Part shown: in pieces, positions 26,686 through 37,249 of the stretch
Layout of the letters: every line of letters starts with the position of its first letter
Numbering within the stretch: the first letter of the stretch is position 1
UHGV virus genome: UHGV-2008342
Length of the DNA: 47,571 bases
Strand: one strand, 5' to 3'
Origin: a virus
The notes under the pieces: generated by a model
Told to the model about the DNA's origin: nothing
The model's input: only the letters and a program-made list of their open reading frames with translations
Databases searched by the model: none
Made by a program: the position numbers and the translations under genes

Positions 26686-26884
26686 CGTAACCTGTCGGAT
26701 CGCCGGAAAGGACCCGCAAAATGATAATAATTATCATCTGCATGTCACAACGTGCATCTACGCAATCAAACCACGTCAAATAATCAATTATGACGCAGAT
26801 ATCGTATTAATTGATCTGCATCAACTTAACGTAAAAACAACTTCAGACAATACAAATCAGCGACACTGAATACGGGACAACCTC

Positions 26885-27118
26885 ATGTCAACGAAGAACA
26901 GAACCCGCAGAACAACAACCCGCAACATCCGCTTTCCTAACCAAATGATTGAACAAATTAACATCGCTCTTGAGCAAAAAGGGTCCGGGAATTTCTCAGC
27001 CTGGGTCATTGAAGCCTGCCGCCGGAGACTGTGCTCAGAAAAAAGAGTTTCTTCTGAAGCAAACAAAGAAAAGAGTGACATTACTGAATTGCTCAGAAAA
27101 CAGGTCAGACCAGATTGA
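26885..27118 (+). CDS. ynfO: small basic, probably DNA-binding prophage protein (YnfO/YlcI-like)
   Basis: 77 aa, Arg/Thr-rich N-terminus, central RFPNQMIEQINIALEQKGSGNFSAWVIEACRRRL. Transcribed opposite to the flanking late genes. Position and length match my recollection of Qin ynfO. Confidence 0.5.
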   Translation: MSTKNRTRRTTTRNIRFPNQMIEQINIALEQKGSGNFSAWVIEACRRRLCSEKRVSSEANKEKSDITELLRKQVRPD

Positions 27119-27175
27119 AGCAATTTAGATAATCGTGCAGACTACGCCCCCTCATATCACATGGAAGGTTTATCT

Positions 27176-27586
27176 ATGGATCAGGTAGTCATTTTTAAAC
27201 AAATATTTGATAAAGTTCGAAACGATTTAAACTATCAATGGTTTTATTCTGAGCTAAAACGTCACAATGTCTCACATTACATTTACTATTTAGCCACAGA
27301 GAATGTTCATATTGTATTAAAAAATGATAATACAGTGTTATTAAAGGGCCTAAAAAACATTGTGTCTGTCAAATTTTCAAAGGATAGGCATCTTATAGAA
27401 ACGACCTCTAATAAGCTGAAATCCAGAGAGATCACATTTCAGGAATACAGAAGAAACCTTGCTAAAGCAGGAGTTTTTCGGTGGGTTACAAATATCCACG
27501 AACAAAAAAGATATTACTATACCTTTGATAATTCATTACTATTTACTGAAAGCATCCAGAAAACTACACAGATCTTACCACGCTAA
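27176..27586 (+). CDS. ydfO: YdfO/YbcV-like protein (DUF1398-type)
   Basis: 136 aa from [27 protein letters not shown]; ATG at 27176 with a GGAAGG SD. Antisense to the late operon. Confidence 0.55.
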
Positions 27587-27737
27587 ACCATAACGTCCGG
27601 CTTCTCTCACTCCTGAGCCGGACTGCATTGGTTTAATAAAAACCATCAACAATTGTGATTTAGATATTCGGAACCATTCAAATATAACAAAACCCCGTAA
27701 AAACGAGGTTTATGGATAAATTTTATTATTGAATACA

Positions 27738-27911
27738 TCAGATTAAATTAATCTTGACATCATAGCTTTCAAGACCCGTCATTTTTTCCCGTGCGGTAAA
27801 CTGAATACTGGTAACTTCTTTCCCGGTCTTTTTCTTAAGTTCAATAATTTTTTTTGTTATATATTCAGAAATATCTGCTTCTGCTTTTGTTTTTAAGTTT
27901 TCAATATTCAT
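27738..27911 (-). CDS. gnsB: GnsA/GnsB-family small protein
   Basis: 57 aa, MNIENLKTKAEADISEYITKKIIELKKKTGKEVTSIQFTAREKMTGLESYDVKINLI, translated by hand. Below the ORF-track cutoff. Confidence 0.75.
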   Translation of the reverse strand: MNIENLKTKAEADISEYITKKIIELKKKTGKEVTSIQFTAREKMTGLESYDVKINLI

Positions 27912-28082
27912 CATTTCCTCTTTTAGTCTGTTATGACTTTCCAGTTACACAGTAAGTCGATTATATGGTGCAAACGTGTAAAAGATAAGATGAAACATCG
28001 CAATAATCAACATACGATAGTCTAAATTTTACACAAACAGACAAAGAAAATTTTCCTGAATTATCAATACAATAGCATCAAA

Positions 28083-28313
28083 TCAACTCAAGAGCCTTAT
28101 TGCTGCTTCCAGAATTTCTTCTGAAGTAACATGTCGATCCGCGGCTACATAAATGACTTTATGATCTCCGGTCAGAGATGGAAACCCTGCGGCCATTACA
28201 GTAAGGTGTGTTTTTTCGCCATTTGGATATTCACGCATGATGGTGTTAACTCCAGTCATCGCTGGCACTACCACTGCAGGTTCAGAGTTAAAAAAAACTA
28301 TGATTTTTTTCAT
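28083..28313 (-). CDS. hypothetical small protein at the ynfN position
   Basis: 76 aa from ATG at 28311-28313 (MKKIIVFFNSEPAVVVPAMTGVNTIMREYPNGEK...). The longer track ORF begins at a TTG. Identity with K-12 ynfN is uncertain. Confidence 0.4.
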   Translation of the reverse strand: MKKIIVFFNSEPAVVVPAMTGVNTIMREYPNGEKTHLTVMAAGFPSLTGDHKVIYVAADRHVTSEEILEAAIRLLS

Positions 28314-28361
28314 GATGTTACCGTAGTATGTGAGTATCCATCGAATAGATACCAAGCAAAA

Positions 28362-28388
28362 AAGCTCCCGAAGGAGCCTTCATTTTCA
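28362..28388 (-). terminator. candidate intrinsic terminator downstream of cspI
   Basis: Minus-strand hairpin GGCTCC-TTCG-GGAGC followed by TTTTTT. Confidence 0.4.
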
Positions 28389-28584
28389 CTTTTTTAAATC
28401 CAACGACAGACGGCTGGCATTTAAGTATTGTGAAATATTATCAAATGTAATCATCATTGATTTACAAAAGATACATTTTGCCCCGAAAGGATTCATGTCA
28501 GAAACATCAAAAGATGATGTTCTATACTGGGAACCATGACAACACGGGCATCTAAAGTGAATATGGTTTGTAATATTGTCTACC

Positions 28585-28797
28585 TCAAAGCGCCACTACA
28601 TGAACAGCGGCAGGACCTTTAGGTCCGTTCTCAATACCAAATTCAACTTCCTGATTCTCAGTTAATGTTTTGAAATCGTTGCTCTGAATTGCTGAGAAAT
28701 GGACAAACACATCTTTGCTGCCATCTTTCGGCGTGATGAAACCAAAACCTTTTTCAGGGTTAAACCATTTCACTAAACCAGTCATTTTGTTAGACAT
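28585..28797 (-). CDS. cspI: CspA-family cold shock protein
   Basis: 70 aa, [37 protein letters not shown] with RNP1/RNP2 motifs. Qin cspI position. Confidence 0.85.
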   Translation of the reverse strand: MSNKMTGLVKWFNPEKGFGFITPKDGSKDVFVHFSAIQSNDFKTLTENQEVEFGIENGPKGPAAVHVVAL

Positions 28798-29160
28798 AAT
28801 TATTACCTTTTGAAGAAATTAGCCCTTGGGCAGAATGGTCCGAAAAAAAATATCAGAGAGAAAAACCAACAAGGAAATCTCAAGAGGTACAAATAATAAA
28901 ATTATAACAATGACTGCTTCAGATAAATTTGTAACAAACCAGAACACCATTAACGCATGATTAACCACCCATAGCAAGGATTACTTTTGTAAAGAAAAAC
29001 ACAGCAATGAAAGAATAGCTTTATTTATTAATAATAACGTGTCATTCTGATTAAGACCTTTTATCTTACCCTTAAGATTTCAGGAATTTTGGCTCATGGA
29101 AGAGTCCTTTTTATTTAAATTTTACATTCCGCGATGTAAATGTTCCGATTTAATATTACC

Positions 29161-30184
<1,024 letters not shown>

Positions 30185-30188
<4 letters not shown>

Positions 30189-30496
30189 ATATATTTATGA
30201 TGAGGACGCTCGTGCTTATTGGCAGGATTTTCAATCTTAAAGGAGTACTGATGCTGCAGATAAGACTCAACTTTTTCTGACAATTTTTCTGCTACTTCCA
30301 GGAAGACTTGCCGGACGCTCCTTCTGGCTGCTGCCTCATAAAACTCCAGCGCAGCTCCTTCAACACGGTCCATGGCGACATCCAGGTCAAAAATTTCACC
30401 GTCAAAGCGTTCTTTGTCCTGTAAGGCTACAGTTACCGTAACTTTATTCTCAAAATTACGGACTCCTTTCACAACCAGTTCATAGTCTTGAGTCAT
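30185..30496 (-). CDS. ydfR: YdfR-like protein (DUF1327) between holin and endolysin
   Basis: 103 aa, MTQDYELVVKGVRNFENKVTVTVALQDKERFDGEIFDLDV. Conserved position in lambdoid lysis cassettes. Confidence 0.65.
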
Positions 30497-30500
30497 TGGA

Positions 30501-30716
30501 TTACTCTCCTCTCGCAGCCTTACGCCTGTCTTCTTTAATCTTGAAATAAAGATTTGTCAGATACGTCAGCAGGCCAAAAACCAGGCTACCCAGCACACCG
30601 ATTGCAGCCCACTGTGACGGAGTTACTTTATCGAGTAACTGCAATGCCCAGAAACCAGCATTACCCGCCGATGTGCCATAGGCAACACCTGTTGTTAACT
30701 TATCCATTGATTTCAT
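30501..30716 (-). CDS. essQ: class II holin, phage 21 S-type pinholin
   Basis: 71 aa from [71 protein letters not shown]; ATG verified at 30714-30716. Two TM segments and a basic C-terminus. Confidence 0.85.
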   Translation of the reverse strand: MKSMDKLTTGVAYGTSAGNAGFWALQLLDKVTPSQWAAIGVLGSLVFGLLTYLTNLYFKIKEDRRKAARGE

Positions 30717-30935
30717 ATCCTCACCCCGATGTACACGGATGGTGCAATATGTTTGAAAAGATCGGAGTCTACGGGGTAGTTTTGACAGCACACGTTGTTC
30801 TCAACGGCGCTAAAAAAACATACACATTAAAAATGTGGGTAATTATTTTGAAAGAAAGTCATATATAAAATAATAATACGAGAAATGTTTTCATATTTAG
30901 TGTACTGTATACGGCCATTTATACAGGAAAAGCCT

Positions 30936-31106
30936 ATGTCAGAACGTAAAAACTCAAAATCACGCCGTAATTATCTCGTTAAATGTTCCTGCCCAAACTG
31001 CACCCAAGAGTCAGAACACAGTTTTTCAAGAGTACAAAAAGGTGCCCTTTTGATCTGCCCTCATTGCAACAAAGTATTCCAGACAAATCTTAAAGCTGTA
31101 GCCTGA
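30936..31106 (+). CDS. small putative zinc-ribbon protein (CxxC...CxxC)
   Basis: 56 aa MSERKNSKSRRNYLVKCSCPNCTQESEHSFSRVQKGALLICPHCNKVFQTNLKAVA with AGGA upstream. Antisense to the lysis/late genes. Confidence 0.45.
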   Translation: MSERKNSKSRRNYLVKCSCPNCTQESEHSFSRVQKGALLICPHCNKVFQTNLKAVA

Positions 31107-31165
31107 TTGATTTTATTAGTAACAAGTATTTTTTATATTTTAATAATATATTTAAAGCAGATAAT

Positions 31166-31186
31166 AAAAAACCCGCCTGAGCGGGT
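31166..31186 (-). terminator. intrinsic terminator, strongest on the minus strand, downstream of cspB
   Basis: Hairpin ACCCGC-CTGA-GCGGGT with a run of A on the plus strand, giving a T-run on the minus strand. Confidence 0.55.
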
Positions 31187-31469
31187 TTGAGATTGTGGTG
31201 CTTTTTGTGGGAGTCATCCACTTACGCACTTTGTTTTGCCATGCCAGCAGTTAGCTTCTGCTGTAAAACTATTCATGCAGCAAACCTGCACTTCACCACA
31301 ATGGTTAGCATACTTTTCCTGATTAAGATTTTGCCAAATATGCTAGCCATTGTTTCATGTATTGGACCTCCTTACTTTTTATTAAAGAGATCCAATATTC
31401 ACTACTCTGTCCGTATCTCTACTCAGGCATCAGCCTTCTTCGTTATCGTATACAGACGAGCGATGAATT

Positions 31470-31685
31470 TTAATCAGTAATGATGACATTTGCTGCTGCA
31501 GGACCTTTAGCACCACTCTCTATAGAGAAGGTAACCTTTTGACCTTCAAATAAGGTTCGATAATTATCATTCTGAATCGCAGAAAAATGCACAAACACAT
31601 CTTTACTACCATCAACAGGAGAAATAAAGCCGAAACCTTTATCAGCGTTAAACCATTTTACTAAACCAGTCATTTTATTTGACAT
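31470..31685 (-). CDS. cspB: CspA-family cold shock protein
   Basis: 71 aa, [37 protein letters not shown]. Confidence 0.85.
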   Translation of the reverse strand: MSNKMTGLVKWFNADKGFGFISPVDGSKDVFVHFSAIQNDNYRTLFEGQKVTFSIESGAKGPAAANVIITD

Positions 31686-31985
31686 TCTACATTCCTTAAC
31701 TTGAGCCTTTCGGCATAAATGGTTTGCATAACAGAAACGACTTCGTACTTAATTGGAGAGACTCAAAGAAGGAATAAGTGAATAACACCTGAAATGAGAA
31801 CTGCTTTAGTAAACTACTTCGTATATCGTCTGTTCTTCAAACCGACGCAATCATTAACGCATAGTTGAACATATGAAGCAATGTTTATTTTAGACATCCA
31901 GCCATCTTCAACCCCATCAAAAAACTATAGCTTTCTTCAGGAACGTGTGTATAGTGCGCCAAGTTATCAGTATTAAGGAATTTTT

Positions 31986-32198
31986 TTGTCCCGTAAAATG
32001 ACAGGAATTGTCAAAACCTTTGACGGCAAAAGCGGCAAGGGTCTTATCACCCCATCCGATGGTCGTATCGATGTCCAGCTTCATGTCTCAGCGCTCAATC
32101 TCCGCGATGCAGAAGAAATTACCACCGGATTACGCGTGGAATTTTGCCGGATAAATGGTCTGCGTGGCCCTTCAGCTGCCAATGTTTACCTTTCATGA
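31986..32198 (+). CDS. cspF: CspA-family cold shock protein paralog, divergent from cspB
   Basis: 70 aa [41 protein letters not shown]. The first codon in the sequence is TTG. Confidence 0.75.
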
Positions 32199-32492
32199 GC
32201 TATATTAAAGCTTTAATTTCAGGCCCCATAGGATCACACATGGAGAGTTTTTATGAATAACCCCGTCTGTCTTGATGACTGGTTGATTGGCTTTAAAAGC
32301 TTATGCTGTACTTTGGCCGTAATAGCTCTGCTAATAATATAATAAGCAGACTCATTGTGTTTAGGGACATTGTACTGGAAGAAAACATTTTAAACATCAG
32401 GCAAATAACCAAGTCACCAGCTAAATAATAAGTTAACAGACATGAGTCCCGGGATGAGATTCAACATTACCATTGCCCCATTTAAAGCACAA

Positions 32493-32520
32493 AACCCGCT
32501 CATCAGCGGGTTTTCTACTT
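32493..32520. terminator. bidirectional intrinsic terminator between cspF and Q; candidate tR'-like late terminator
   Basis: Hairpin CCCGCT-CATC-AGCGGG flanked by AAAA on one side and a T-rich tract on the other. Confidence 0.5.
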
Positions 32521-32619
32521 TTTCTTAACGTCGGGTATACAAAGCCCATCGTTGAAAAAATTTTATCCATATTTTTTGAAAAATGCAAACATCATGTCGC
32601 CATCTTCAGCAAAAATCAT

Positions 32620-33372
32620 TTATCTCGTCACCTTCCTCAATTGCGCTTCCGCGTATGCTTCTTCCTGCCAGCACTTTGTTACCAGTTTACCAATGACGTC
32701 CGCATACCCCTTATACCACTGATAATCGGTCAGGTCTGGTACCAGCTTCTGGACATGACGTCGTGCCAGCGTGGTCGGTAAACGACTAAACCGGTTTCCA
32801 TTACAACGCCCACAAATCTTATATACCGGTACGCCATGAAACCGGGTTCTTTTTTCATCCAGAACAATCCCTTTACCCTTACACCCTCTGCACGCTGTGC
32901 TGGTTTCGCCCTTACCATGGCAATGCTGACATAGTTCCTTCACCCATTCTTCCTTGATTACAGATTCCCCGCGTCTGTAGTGTTTCACCACTTCGCGCAA
33001 TACATTATAAAATCCCGTACCTGAACAATGCTCACAGCGAGCCTTACTTGCCGCAGACCTGGAGTAATCAGCAAAGGCAAAACTCACGAGGTAAGGAATA
33101 ATCTGTAACCGGATTTCTTCACTCAATTTGTTCAATGTCGGGTTATCCAGTGCCATCGCGTAATTTAGCAGGCCTTCAATCGCAAACTGAGGGTCCTGAA
33201 CACCAACTTTTGCCAGAAATAAGGCCAACCCAAGTGGTGCTTTCGACTGCACCATCCCCTGCGCTGCCATTACATCCGTAATTGTTAAACAACCGGTGCC
33301 TGTCGCTGGAGCGTCATCGCTCAATTTTGGAGATTTTGGGGAGTAATATTTTGGTAAGGCTTCAAGGTTCAT
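32620..33372 (-). CDS. quuQ: late-gene antiterminator Q
   Basis: 250 aa from MNLEALPKYY (ATG verified at 33370-33372). C-terminal Cys/His clusters CEHCSGTG...CQHCHGKGE...CRGCKGKG...CGRCNG. Position upstream of the lysis genes. Confidence 0.8.
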   Translation of the reverse strand: MNLEALPKYYSPKSPKLSDDAPATGTGCLTITDVMAAQGMVQSKAPLGLALFLAKVGVQDPQFAIEGLLNYAMALDNPTLNKLSEEIRLQIIPYLVSFAFADYSRSAASKARCEHCSGTGFYNVLREVVKHYRRGESVIKEEWVKELCQHCHGKGETSTACRGCKGKGIVLDEKRTRFHGVPVYKICGRCNGNRFSRLPTTLARRHVQKLVPDLTDYQWYKGYADVIGKLVTKCWQEEAYAEAQLRKVTR

Positions 33373-33385
33373 GCTCGTTCTCCAC

Positions 33386-34435
33386 TTACGCCAGTACGCC
33401 AATTGCCAGCGCGCGATCGATAAAACGAAATATCAGCTCCAGTTGGGAGCCATACTTATCTTCAAATGCCACTGTATCCGTATGCAGCTCGTTGTGATGC
33501 TTTCTGCACAAAGGCAACACAAAGAGATCATGTGCTTTTGTTCCCATTCCGCCCTGCCCGTGACCAATCAGATGATGCGGATCGTCGGCTGGCATACCGC
33601 AGCAAGCACACGGCTGTGTCTTAACCCAACGTGTGTATTTCTCCTTAACCCAGCGGCGACGTTTAGGCAGCTTCATGAAAGATTCCGGAGACTCTGGATC
33701 AACGGTGATGCTTACCACCGTCTTTTCCTGTGGTGATTTTTGTTGCTGGTGGGCGTAAGGCAACGGTGCAAGATTTTTTGTGCGTTGTTTCAATATGCTG
33801 GTGGCGGTCTGCTCTCCCGGTACGATGTCGCTTTCGCGGTACACCGAGCAGATTTTTTCCGCTGGTAATCCCAGCGAACGACGCGATACAGCCTCAGGTA
33901 GTGCATCCACCACCTGATTGCAGACCGCCCACCAGGATAATTCAGCCAAAGATAATTCCCGCTCCTGCGTACCGCTTATTGCGTGACGGATGACGTCAAT
34001 CACCCATGCTGTCAGATTTTGTTGAGCAAGCAGCTCCAGTGATTCCGATGTCTGGTCACGCAGTTGGTTGTCGCAGTGCCAGCACAACACCATTGCGCCG
34101 GTACCATAACGGTGAATGACTGTTTCAGTGTGATGGTAATCGCCATTAGGCCACTGGCAGGATGTAACATGACGTAATAGCCAGTCGGACAATGCGCCAA
34201 CGCCGCCAGCAGCACGAATCACCCGTTCGTTACTAAAAAACGGCAGCAATGTTTTGTCTTCCGCCAGCGGCTGGCGAACGGCAGGAACGACTCCGGATGG
34301 CAGATTACGCATGCTTTTTGGTTCCGGTTCCACCAGCACTCGAGGATTATGAAATATCTGTATGGATTCACGGCCCGGCTTAAGGACCACCAGCCCAAGC
34401 TCAGGCACCAGAACAGGTCTAAGTAATACCCGCAC
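33386..34435 (-). CDS. ydfU: YdfU-like protein (DUF968) with C-terminal Cys/His cluster
   Basis: About 349 aa with the GTG start chosen at 34435, directly after the upstream stop. The track ORF starts at another GTG at 34474. C-terminal motif CACCGMPADDPHHLIGHGQGG...CRKHHNELH. Confidence 0.55.
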   Translation of the reverse strand: MRVLLRPVLVPELGLVVLKPGRESIQIFHNPRVLVEPEPKSMRNLPSGVVPAVRQPLAEDKTLLPFFSNERVIRAAGGVGALSDWLLRHVTSCQWPNGDYHHTETVIHRYGTGAMVLCWHCDNQLRDQTSESLELLAQQNLTAWVIDVIRHAISGTQERELSLAELSWWAVCNQVVDALPEAVSRRSLGLPAEKICSVYRESDIVPGEQTATSILKQRTKNLAPLPYAHQQQKSPQEKTVVSITVDPESPESFMKLPKRRRWVKEKYTRWVKTQPCACCGMPADDPHHLIGHGQGGMGTKAHDLFVLPLCRKHHNELHTDTVAFEDKYGSQLELIFRFIDRALAIGVLA

Positions 34436-34436
34436 G

Positions 34437-34715
34437 TTACCTCCAGATCCGTTGCTGGAAAGTGCGGGACGCACGTGGTGGGCGTTCGGAATAAGGCAGC
34501 CTGACAGAGATTATCCAGTGCCGATAGTCGAGACTGAGAGCTTTCTTAACCTCGAACCCGCGCCTGCGGTAAGAATGAATCAGCCATTCGGCCTGTTCTG
34601 CAGTGCATGGAGGGTGCTGGAACCATTCAGACTTGAATGCGTGAGAATACCGCCCGTGCGTGCAGGCAAGAACGGGCGAATTATCAGAATTGTAATATTT
34701 TGCGTTGCGTGCCAT
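34437..34715 (-). CDS. hypothetical protein (92 aa)
   Basis: ORF MARNAKYYNSDNSPVLACTHGRYSHAFKSEWFQHPPCTAEQAEWLIHSYRRRGFEVKK... in operon context. No family recognised. Confidence 0.45.
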   Translation of the reverse strand: MARNAKYYNSDNSPVLACTHGRYSHAFKSEWFQHPPCTAEQAEWLIHSYRRRGFEVKKALSLDYRHWIISVRLPYSERPPRASRTFQQRIWR

Positions 34716-34781
34716 CGGTTTTCTCCGGTGGCACGGTGTTACTCAGCGGGAGTTCAGCCCCGCGCAAGATTGTAGATGAGT

Positions 34782-35033
34782 TTATTCTCCTGAAAAAGCA
34801 GAAAAGCCAGCTTTTATTCCGATCTCTTTCAATGCCTGTAATGAAGTGACAAACTCACCTTCGCGCAAGATAAATCCGTCCGTGACCCGAGCATCCACAA
34901 AATTAATTAACGCAGCCCCATTCTTTCGCAAACACATAATGCGGTAATGACTAACAAGATTTCCATTTTCAACGCACACAGCATAGAGGCCATCTTCACA
35001 AAAAATTTTACGCAGTTCTTCGATGTTCATCAT
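34782..35033 (-). CDS. hypothetical protein (83 aa), possibly the Rem equivalent
   Basis: ORF MMNIEELRKIFCEDGLYAVCVENGNLVSHYRIM... between ydfU and hokD. Length matches my recollection of K-12 Rem, but the sequence is not verified. Confidence 0.4.
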   Translation of the reverse strand: MMNIEELRKIFCEDGLYAVCVENGNLVSHYRIMCLRKNGAALINFVDARVTDGFILREGEFVTSLQALKEIGIKAGFSAFSGE

Positions 35034-35249
35034 CAGAATCCTTCCGGATAATTAGCTCTCCCCTTTAAGGGACCATCCCTCTTATCCCTGCGCGCTACTT
35101 AAGTATTTTTGATTCTATTCCGGCACCGTCCAGAACTTCAAACGCGTTGAAAATAAAAACAAAAACCCGCCGAAGCGGGTTAAGTGCGGGTGCGTTGAGG
35201 ATGCCTGCCACATCAGAGGTGGCGAGGGATTTCTCCCCCGCCGGGTCTC

Positions 35250-35405
35250 TTACTCCTCAGGTTCGTAAGCTGTGAAGACAGCGACCTCCGTCTGGCCGGT
35301 TCGGATTCGTACCTCGCAGAGGTCTTTCCTCGTTACCAGTGCCGTCACTATGACGGTTAAACAGATGACGATCAGGGCGATTAACATCGCCTTTTGCTGC
35401 TTCAT
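35250..35405 (-). CDS. hokD: Hok-family type I toxin
   Basis: Hand translation gives MKQQKAMLIALIVICLTVIVTALVTRKDLCEVRIRTGQTEVAVFTAYEPEE (51 aa). Below the track cutoff. Downstream of relE as in the relBEF operon. Confidence 0.85.
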   Translation of the reverse strand: MKQQKAMLIALIVICLTVIVTALVTRKDLCEVRIRTGQTEVAVFTAYEPEE

Positions 35406-35476
35406 AGCCTGCTTCTCCTGTCAACGCAAAGCAGAAGTGTCACCTTCGGTGCGAAACAGAGATGTCATGCTTTGGT

Positions 35477-35764
35477 TCAGAGAATGCGTTTGACCGCCTC
35501 GCTATATACTTCCGAGCGTTCTCTTTTCCCAACAGAAATCACGAAAACGACAACTTTCTCGTCTATAACCTGGTATACAAGGCGATAGCCTGAAGACCGG
35601 AGCTTAATCTTGTAACAATCAGGCATACCACGGAGCTTGTTTGCTTCAATCCGGGGTGACTCAAGTACTTCAACCAGCTTCTTTTTCAACTGTTCACGTA
35701 CCGTCGAGCCCAGCTTTCGCCATTCCTTTAGTGCCCGCTCGTCAAAATCCAGAAAATACGCCAT
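35477..35764 (-). CDS. relE: RelE mRNA interferase toxin
   Basis: 95 aa, MAYFLDFDERALKEWRKLGSTVREQLKKKLVEVLESPRIEANKLRGMPDCYKIKLRSSGYRLVYQV. Confidence 0.9.
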   Translation of the reverse strand: MAYFLDFDERALKEWRKLGSTVREQLKKKLVEVLESPRIEANKLRGMPDCYKIKLRSSGYRLVYQVIDEKVVVFVISVGKRERSEVYSEAVKRIL

Positions 35765-36003
35765 CAGAGTTCATCCAGCGTCACACGTACTGGCTTAGGA
35801 TTACGAAGCCGTTCTTTCACTATCTCCACAAGTTCAGCATCTTCATCACTCAGGAGTGTCTGTTTGAACGGCAAGCGTTCATTGTCAGCGATATACTCGA
35901 GCATGAGACGAAGCGCTTCAGAAGGAGTTACACCCATTTTTTCAAGCGCGGCGTAAGAACGCGCTTTAAGTTCATCGTCAATACGCAGGTTAATGCTACC
36001 CAT
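35764..36003 (-). CDS. relB: RelB antitoxin
   Basis: 79 aa, MGSINLRIDDELKARSYAALEKMGVTPSEALRLMLEYIADNERLPF. Confidence 0.9.
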   Translation of the reverse strand: MGSINLRIDDELKARSYAALEKMGVTPSEALRLMLEYIADNERLPFKQTLLSDEDAELVEIVKERLRNPKPVRVTLDEL

Positions 36004-36027
36004 GTCTTACACCTCTTGTAATTACAA

Positions 36028-36333
36028 ATGTCATTACAAGTATCGCACTACAACATGCTTAGGGCAAGTCACGAAGGAAGTCAGAAAGTAGTCGTAAGAA
36101 CGGTGATCACTGTCCGCTTTGTGCCAGGAGCAGCCATTGCTAAGTCCATCCTGTATTGTGCAGGTCAGCTCGTTTTTAAAGAGTCCGGCCATCATCTTAC
36201 TGGTACAGACACCATATACTTTGTGACGGTCAGGCTACATATGCACAACTCAACTTATTCATCTATTTTTTGCTTTAGCATGTCAGTGTTGCTTTCTCGT
36301 CGGCGGGTGAGCGGTGACCTGACCTGTCGATAA
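36028..36333 (+). CDS. ydfV: hypothetical protein at the ydfV position
   Basis: 101-aa ORF of weak coding appearance. Position and length match my recollection of K-12 ydfV. Confidence 0.35.
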   Translation: MSLQVSHYNMLRASHEGSQKVVVRTVITVRFVPGAAIAKSILYCAGQLVFKESGHHLTGTDTIYFVTVRLHMHNSTYSSIFCFSMSVLLSRRRVSGDLTCR

Positions 36334-36485
36334 AGGAACGTAGCACGTTTTATGCAACACCCGCATGCGGCAGAAAATTATTGCCGAACGTTTACCCCTG
36401 TCAACAAGCTTTACTTTCTGAGGCGCGCCAGCCCGCGAGGAAAACAATCTGAACATCAAACAATTAATGACACAAGAAATACGAT

Positions 36486-36512
36486 TAAAGATTTTTTTGT
36501 GCATGCCGATAG
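36486..36512 (+). promoter_or_regulatory. sigma-28 (FliA) type promoter upstream of flxA
   Basis: TAAAGATT, 11-nt spacer, GCCGATAG, against the consensus TAAAGTTT-N11-GCCGATAA. About 24 nt upstream of the flxA ATG. Confidence 0.65.
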
Positions 36513-36535
36513 TGCTTTTTTAAAAGGAGAAATCT

Positions 36536-36868
36536 ATGTCTGTCACAATTCAGGGAAATACCTCAACCGTTATTTCAAACAACTCCGCCCCGGAAGGAAC
36601 ATCAGAAATAGCCAAAATCACAAGACAAATTCAGGTGCTGACTGAAAAGCTTGGGAAAATCTCATCGGAAGAGGGGATGACGACACAGCAGAAAAAAGAA
36701 ATGGCTGCATTGGTACAGAAGCAAATTGAAAGCCTCAGGGCTCAACTGGAGCAGTTGTTAAGGCAGCAGGCAGAGAAAAAGAATAAAGACGCGACAGTTC
36801 AGCCTGATAAAAAAGAAGAGAAAAAAGACGATACAAATACCGCTGGCACCATTGATATTTACGTCTAA
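36536..36868 (+). CDS. flxA: FlxA (FliA-regulated prophage protein)
   Basis: 110 aa MSVTIQGNTSTVISNNSAPEGTSEIAKITRQIQVLTEKLGKISSEEG..., coiled-coil and Lys/Glu-rich. Confidence 0.8.
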   Translation: MSVTIQGNTSTVISNNSAPEGTSEIAKITRQIQVLTEKLGKISSEEGMTTQQKKEMAALVQKQIESLRAQLEQLLRQQAEKKNKDATVQPDKKEEKKDDTNTAGTIDIYV

Positions 36869-36882
36869 GTGACAGCCGTATT

Positions 36883-36905
36883 GTGGCCCTCATCGGGCCA
36901 CTTTT
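36883..36905 (+). terminator. intrinsic terminator after flxA
   Basis: Hairpin TGGCCC-TCATC-GGGCCA followed by CTTTT. Confidence 0.6.
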
Positions 36906-37249
36906 CGCCATCAGCCTTTTCTTTAAAGACATATTATCTTTGTATCATTTCTGATAGTTAACATTACAAGATATAAGTAATGGACGCACTCCCAATTAGT
37001 CTATTTAAATCGCCACGAGTTTAACTGACAACCCATGATCAATTATGAATTGCAACTATTTCTGTAGTCACTTTTGTGGGGACAGTCCACAAAACTGCCA
37101 ACTTCCGCTTCTTGCTCTTAGCGGACATTAGCATAGGCTATTTACCATAACGCCTCATTACGCGCACCGCCCAGACTGACTCAGCGCGTTTCTGGCATAT
37201 CCCCGGTAAAACAAGTAACAAACCACCCGAAAATGAACACCAGAAACGC

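Noticed and set aside
32490-32525. CTGATGAG in a hairpin loop as a possible hammerhead ribozyme core
   Set aside because: Only the single motif is present, without the other conserved hammerhead elements. It is a simple terminator hairpin.
35272-35493. 73-aa plus-strand ORF
   Set aside because: It is the antisense shadow of hokD. The Hok reading frame on the minus strand gives a canonical Hok sequence.
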